The notes below the pieces were generated by a model, which was not told where the DNA came from, ran no database searches, and was given only the letters and a program-made list of their open reading frames with translations. Made by a program: the position numbers and the translations under genes. From a virus (Duplodnaviria; Caudoviricetes): DNA of 38,410 bases. The stretch covers positions 1 to 38,410 of the IMG/VR virus record IMGVR_UViG_3300033475_001784; one strand, written 5' to 3'. Positions within the stretch are counted from its first letter, which is position 1. Every line of letters starts with the position of its first letter. Below are positions 33,934-38,410 of the stretch, one piece after another.

Positions 33934-34934
33934 CCCAATCCCACACTACAGGTAGTGATGAACAGATGAGCGAAGAAACCAAGGTGTACAACCCATGGCG
34001 CGAGTTCATCGAAAACGTCATCAGCGGCGACAACTACTTCCGCACAAGCGAATGGCACGATTTGCTGGAAGACTTGGATCGGCTTTATGCCATCGAAGCT
34101 AGCCGCCAATCACCAGCAGCGGAAGCGGTAGTGCCGACAGAGATTGCAGCCGAAGCAGCCAAGCTCGCTCCGATACTGCGCGACATGATCGAACATAGCG
34201 GCGAGGAACAGGGCGTCGATATTTATGCGGACGACTACACCGCGCCAGACGGTGACGTGTATGTGGCTCGTGCCGTGCAATTGCTTCAAGAAATCGCATT
34301 GGCCCCAAACCAGCCAGCAGCCATTGAGCCAGTAGCAGCGCAAGCGATGACAGATGAGCAGATCGATTCCTTGATGCCAGCCGATGTGCAGCGTTCGGCA
34401 GAATGCCACAAAACACGTTGGAGGCAGTTCGCCCGCGCCCTACTCGCCTCGCAACCTGCACCGGCAACGGGTGCGCAGGGTGTCGAGTATCCGTACACGG
34501 CTCTTGCCGAGATTGCGGAACTGGTGGGACACGATACCAGCAAAGGCTTCCGCGCAAACCTTGTTGAGTCGGTGCGCGCAGCACTCGCATCGGCACAGCC
34601 AATAGAGCAAGCCACATTTGATGCAAGTGATGCAATTGAGCGAATACAAGATGCATGCGAGTTTCTTGAGGAATTGTCTGCGACGAATGAAGATGCCACT
34701 TCGACGCTGAAACGTTTGCAATCCGCTTTACGCATTATTCGACTCGCCCCGCAGCAATCTACCGCCATCGACGTGCGGGAGCTTCTCGAAGCAATTGACC
34801 GGAAAGCCGAAGCCGGCTTGTGCTACTACCAACTTGGATCGGTACGGTCGTTTCATGAAGATATTCGCCGCATGATTGCCGACCACTTCGCCAAGTCATC
34901 ACCACCGGCAACCGAAGCGGGAGAGCAGCAATGA
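33930..34934 (+). CDS. Mosaic hypothetical early protein
   Basis: Ala-rich modules with Pro linkers (MTDEQI...FARALLA); ATGA overlaps. Confidence 0.7.
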   Translation: MTQSHTTGSDEQMSEETKVYNPWREFIENVISGDNYFRTSEWHDLLEDLDRLYAIEASRQSPAAEAVVPTEIAAEAAKLAPILRDMIEHSGEEQGVDIYADDYTAPDGDVYVARAVQLLQEIALAPNQPAAIEPVAAQAMTDEQIDSLMPADVQRSAECHKTRWRQFARALLASQPAPATGAQGVEYPYTALAEIAELVGHDTSKGFRANLVESVRAALASAQPIEQATFDASDAIERIQDACEFLEELSATNEDATSTLKRLQSALRIIRLAPQQSTAIDVRELLEAIDRKAEAGLCYYQLGSVRSFHEDIRRMIADHFAKSSPPATEAGEQQ

Positions 34935-35080
34935 AAGAAACATGGGTCATGAAGTGGAAGCGAACCCTGTGCAACGTGTTCGGACACCAGCCTGTACATC
35001 GCTGGGAATATGGCGGCCACTGGCACGGCGAATGCAAACGCTGCCGCACTCTGTACACCGAAGATAAGGATGCGCCATGA
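34931..35080 (+). CDS. 49-aa zinc-binding protein (DUF1660-like)
   Basis: LCNVFGH...CKRC; ATGA overlaps at both ends; absent from the ORF track. Confidence 0.7.
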   Translation: MKETWVMKWKRTLCNVFGHQPVHRWEYGGHWHGECKRCRTLYTEDKDAP

Positions 35081-35421
35081 CTGCTGACATCAAGACAGTG
35101 CTGACGGACGAGGCCATATTGGACGCTGCAGTACAGGCTCGCCTTGTATGGCAAAACGGCGACGAGTACCCGACACCGTACAGAGAAGACGTGTGCATCA
35201 GGAGCGAGGCGATACGCTTTGCTCGCGCCATCGAACGCGCCGTTCTTTCCGCAATTGACAGTGAGCGGAAGGATGATTCCCGTGATGCGCGCCGGTATCG
35301 AGAAGCGCGTCAGCACCCGTATTTGTATGGCATCGGCAATCCAGAGCCGTGGCAATTTGATGCATACATCGATGCCGCGCTTGAAATCTCTGCCAGTAAA
35401 TCCAGTGAGGTGAAATCGTGA
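35077..35421 (+). CDS. Hypothetical protein
   Basis: LTDEAI...FARAIERAVL...DARRYR...IDAA phage motifs. Confidence 0.75.
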   Translation: MTADIKTVLTDEAILDAAVQARLVWQNGDEYPTPYREDVCIRSEAIRFARAIERAVLSAIDSERKDDSRDARRYREARQHPYLYGIGNPEPWQFDAYIDAALEISASKSSEVKS

Positions 35422-35702
35422 GCCTGACTGCTGACGAGATTGTCATTCTCCGCACTTTGAAAGTGTGGCGAGAGCGCGATTATGGGTATGCCCGTCCGAT
35501 GGACGTAGGCGGCAGCGACGGCAGCAATCATTCAGCCGTGCTGAAGAAGCTAGCAAGATACGGCCTAGTTGATCGCAAGCGCCGAAACACGATCTGCAAT
35601 GTCTTTTGCAACAGCAACCGTGGATCGTACGTCTATGCGATCACGGATGCGGGTATCGCCGAGATCGCCACCAACCATCCAGCCAATACGGGTGATAAAT
35701 GA
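35418..35702 (+). CDS. Winged-helix protein
   Basis: LKKLARYGLVDR...YAITDAG. Confidence 0.72.
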   Translation: MSLTADEIVILRTLKVWRERDYGYARPMDVGGSDGSNHSAVLKKLARYGLVDRKRRNTICNVFCNSNRGSYVYAITDAGIAEIATNHPANTGDK

Positions 35703-36217
35703 GCAAATGTGATAAATGCGGATATGACGATCACGGGACCGGCGATACGGCGCACTATTGCCGCAAACTTGATTTGCAAAGCCCTGTGACTCCCGATCCA
35801 TACAGCCAAGCCGCATCGAACCGCAGGGCAGACGAGCAAGTAAGGGAGGTGGTGCGAAATCAGGTGTTGGAGGAAGCGGCGATAGCGTGCTTCGATATTA
35901 GATTTGCTCGCGAAGGCTTTGATCGGACATCGTGGAATCAAGGCGTGATCGATTGCATCAACGCCATCCGCGCCCTGCAATCCACCACGCCAGCGGAGCC
36001 AGTGGAAAACGGGTGGCTGCCGATAGAAAGTGCTCCGGTGGACAAGGAAATTTTGCTTACCGCTACTCTTCACAACATGTTGACGCCAAAGCCGCAGCGC
36101 GTGGTCGGCCGAAAGGATTCCCGTGGCGGCTGGTGGTCAACTTGCGGACAGACTCTTAGTCACATGCAATGTTGGCAGCCCTTGCCGCCTCCACCATACA
36201 GCCAAAGGAATGAGTGA
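35699..36217 (+). CDS. DUF551-like phage protein
   Basis: RNQVLEEAA...AIRAL, WLPIESAP and WQPLPPPP motifs. Confidence 0.75.
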   Translation: MSKCDKCGYDDHGTGDTAHYCRKLDLQSPVTPDPYSQAASNRRADEQVREVVRNQVLEEAAIACFDIRFAREGFDRTSWNQGVIDCINAIRALQSTTPAEPVENGWLPIESAPVDKEILLTATLHNMLTPKPQRVVGRKDSRGGWWSTCGQTLSHMQCWQPLPPPPYSQRNE

Positions 36218-36287
36218 TGATCCAATCGTGCCAGTTAGTTCTTGTGCTGACTATCGCAATCGTAATCCTTAATCAATGCTCCTAATC

Positions 36288-36536
36288 ATGACAGACATCA
36301 AAGAATTACTAAGCCTAGTCGCGCAAAGCCCACGCGCTGATTCTGATCTGGCTAAGGCTGCGCTTGAGAGGATTGTGGAGTTGGAGGCATATGAAGCCCG
36401 ATTCGAGTGGATCGTAGATAACTGCAATGTTGAGGGCGGCGGTCACGGCTTTACCATTTTCGTCCCTATCGATCACGAAGACATTGGATGTGGAATTGAC
36501 GCCGCCATAGCAGCGCAATCGAAGGAGCAAGGATGA
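36288..36536 (+). CDS. Hypothetical protein
   Basis: ARFEWI...IDAAI motif; ATGA overlap with the next gene. Confidence 0.65.
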   Translation: MTDIKELLSLVAQSPRADSDLAKAALERIVELEAYEARFEWIVDNCNVEGGGHGFTIFVPIDHEDIGCGIDAAIAAQSKEQG

Positions 36537-36733
36537 CTGGATTTGCAATGAAACGAGAGATGGTTAAGAGCCGCCAAGCGCGGCGAGAGTTCGAAGATAT
36601 GCCGGTTACGGAAATGACGGTAGGCCAATTGCGAGAGTTGATTCAAACCGAGGTCGCGAAAGCTATCGCACAGGATCGGCAAGCACAATCTGAGAAGTCT
36701 TGGGGAAGGCCGCCATTTATGATCGGGCCATGA
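36533..36733 (+). CDS. Hypothetical protein
   Basis: AAGGAG RBS; ATGA overlap. Confidence 0.6.
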   Translation: MTGFAMKREMVKSRQARREFEDMPVTEMTVGQLRELIQTEVAKAIAQDRQAQSEKSWGRPPFMIGP

Positions 36734-36745
36734 GGAGGAGCAAGG

Positions 36746-36913
36746 ATGATCGATGAACTGGCAGCCAAGGGATACATCATGCTTGATCGTGCGCCTTGGA
36801 CATACGATCTACTGCCGCCTCAGTTCATGTGGCAGGCATCGTCAAAGCGGTATTTGTGGGCGGTTGGCGAGAGCTTCACCGGAACCATTGATTTGCGGAG
36901 GGGACAAGGATGA
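36746..36913 (+). CDS. 55-aa hypothetical protein
   Basis: GAGGAG RBS; ATGA overlap with xis; absent from the ORF track. Confidence 0.55.
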   Translation: MIDELAAKGYIMLDRAPWTYDLLPPQFMWQASSKRYLWAVGESFTGTIDLRRGQG

Positions 36914-37131
36914 CGACTGAAGAATTACTGATTACCGCTGCCGCTAAGGGTGCGCAGTTCTACGCAGAGCAGCACCCACGGCCATCACATGTAAATGCGA
37001 TGCAAGCGGCCGAGATGTTGAACAAGTCGCCGCAGACCGTGCGCAAGATGATTAAGGACGGCCGGTTGGCGCTCAATCGTTTGGGCCTGATCCCTGTGTC
37101 AGAGATCGATCGTGCTTTGCTGGTCAAGTAA
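36910..37131 (+). CDS. xis: Excisionase-like HTH protein
   Basis: VNAMQAAEMLNKSPQTVRKMIKDGRL; adjacent to the integrase gene. Confidence 0.75.
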   Translation: MTTEELLITAAAKGAQFYAEQHPRPSHVNAMQAAEMLNKSPQTVRKMIKDGRLALNRLGLIPVSEIDRALLVK

Positions 37132-38131
37132 TGCGTTTTGCAATATCGGCGGCGCTGGCGTTGTAATAGACCAGCGCCTGGTCGATCTTTGTCCACCCGA
37201 ACATTTTGCACATGTCGAACACCGCCTGTTGTGCAGCGATGCCTTTTGATTGCATGCGCCCGGCGATCCATGTTGCCGCCGTGTGCCGGCTGTCGTGGAA
37301 CGTGAATCCCTGTAGGCCCGCCCTACCTCGTGCCCTCCTGAATAGCGCGTCGAGCGTTTGTGGCGTTATGCCAAACACGCGGATAGGGTCAAAGCCTTCC
37401 ATGCTCCATATGATCGCCAGTGCTTTTGGCGTCAGCGGCACATCGCGCGCCTTACCGTTCTTCGTCATTGGCAAAGAGCAGTAGCCGTCGTGAACTCGAT
37501 CCCACGTCAGATTGCATAGCTCGGAGGCCCGCATGCCTGTACGCAGCGCCACAAGGAAACAGCATGCAGCCGCTTGTGATACTGACCGTACGTGGCCTCT
37601 CGCATATCCGAACGCGCGGAGCATTTGGCGGATCTGCCAGCGTGTAATGACGACTTCGCGATGTGCAGGGCTAGAAGGCTTGCGCAAGTCGCGCACTGGA
37701 TTCTTATCGATCCACTTCCATTCGCGCCGTGCAGCCTCGAATACGGAGCCGAGCAGGTTTATTTCGCGCAGTACCGTACCGGGCTTTACCTTCTTCAGTC
37801 GAGTATCCCGCCAGACGGCCAAATCATCTGTACCGACCTCGCCAATCTTCTTGTTGATCGGCAGATTGTGCGACTCGAAAGCCTTTAAACGCAGAATCTC
37901 CCATCGCTCCCCACGCTTTGTGGCGGACTCGTTTTCTGCGTATCGTTGTAGCGCGTTGAGTAAGGTATGCTTGGAGCCAGCAGGTGTTTTGGAAGCTGCT
38001 CTGATCTCCGTTTCGCGGCGAGCAGCCCATGCTTCGGCCTCGCGCTTTGTGGGGAATACGGAGCTGTCACGCGTGCCCAGGATAGAGATTTGAGCGCGGT
38101 ATCCCTTCTTGTGCTTTTGGATGCTTGCCAT
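37124..38131 (-). CDS. int: Tyrosine integrase
   Basis: TGMRASEL, TKNG, FHDSRH and C-terminal LVYY motifs; next to att. Confidence 0.95.
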   Translation of the reverse strand: MASIQKHKKGYRAQISILGTRDSSVFPTKREAEAWAARRETEIRAASKTPAGSKHTLLNALQRYAENESATKRGERWEILRLKAFESHNLPINKKIGEVGTDDLAVWRDTRLKKVKPGTVLREINLLGSVFEAARREWKWIDKNPVRDLRKPSSPAHREVVITRWQIRQMLRAFGYARGHVRSVSQAAACCFLVALRTGMRASELCNLTWDRVHDGYCSLPMTKNGKARDVPLTPKALAIIWSMEGFDPIRVFGITPQTLDALFRRARGRAGLQGFTFHDSRHTAATWIAGRMQSKGIAAQQAVFDMCKMFGWTKIDQALVYYNASAADIAKRIT

Positions 38132-38156
38132 CGTGGGGAGCAGAGAAGGCTCTGCA

Positions 38157-38175
38157 TGGGGAATCGATGGGGAAT
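38157..38175 (+). promoter_or_regulatory. Putative integrase arm-type sites
   Basis: TGGGGAAT at 38157 and 38168; further copies at 38050 and (partial) 38134. Confidence 0.6.
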
Positions 38176-38285
38176 GAGTATATCGTTTTTGATCGTTTAG
38201 GCTAATTATTAGTTTCCATCGGCTTGCTGTTTTGCCTATGAAAGATAACTAAATAACGCCTCACGCGATACTATCTACTACGATG

Positions 38286-38410
38286 GTGGTGCCCGGAACC
38301 GGAAACATCATGCTAGCACTGGCGCGGCCTGTAGGCTTTTGTGGGTGAATTTTGGGGAATCCCATGCGTCCTATTACTTCTTCTCCGCCGCCTTTCTCGC
38401 CATCTCCTTG
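38286..38410 (+). repeat. 125-bp direct repeat, right copy; attP-type junction
   Basis: Integrase-side DNA runs through the tRNA-like core into sequence identical to 43-167. Confidence 0.95.

Larger units (their letters stand above)
43..38410. mobile_element. Temperate phage/prophage, podovirus-type virion genes with lambdoid regulation, apparently complete
   Basis: Integrase, xis, cI/cro, bet/exo/ssb, terminase, portal, capsid, tail, ejection and lysis genes all lie between two copies of a tRNA-like att core; no tape measure or sheath gene seen. Confidence 0.95.

Noticed and set aside
38286-38303. Intact tRNA gene
   Set aside because: Only about 17 nt of a tRNA 3' end are present; no D arm or anticodon arm.

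Overview
This 38.4 kb window is an apparently complete temperate phage with a short-tailed (podovirus-type) morphogenesis module and lambdoid-style control genes. The host is probably a betaproteobacterium, judged from the SSB sequence style and the CTGT-N8-ACAG LexA boxes (inference). Bases 43-167 are repeated exactly at 38286-38410 and begin with a tRNA 3'-end-like att core, so the window appears to hold both a host-prophage junction (left) and the excised attP junction (right). Left to right: LexA-box/SRAP cassette, a + strand lipoprotein moron, the minus-strand late operon (phosphoesterase, lysis, tail fibre, ejection proteins, tail hub/adaptor, capsid, scaffold, portal, terminase), a Q-like regulator, nin/replication genes, cII-like, cro and cI, a LexA-controlled small gene opposite cI, the pL operon with bet/exo/ssb, then xis and int. 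Main findings: (1) two divergent full-length paralogues of one Cys-His-Asp transglutaminase-like enzyme, one coupled to the tail fibre and one a separately oriented lipoprotein, a candidate receptor-modifying enzyme plus superinfection-exclusion pair; (2) a CI without a self-cleavage domain, facing a LexA-repressed 65-aa protein that resembles CI's C-terminal helices; (3) an unannotated 25-aa membrane peptide at the P22 sieA position; (4) a Cro with an ERR/DRR/GPRR tail. All functional calls come from motifs and synteny read by eye; no searches were run.
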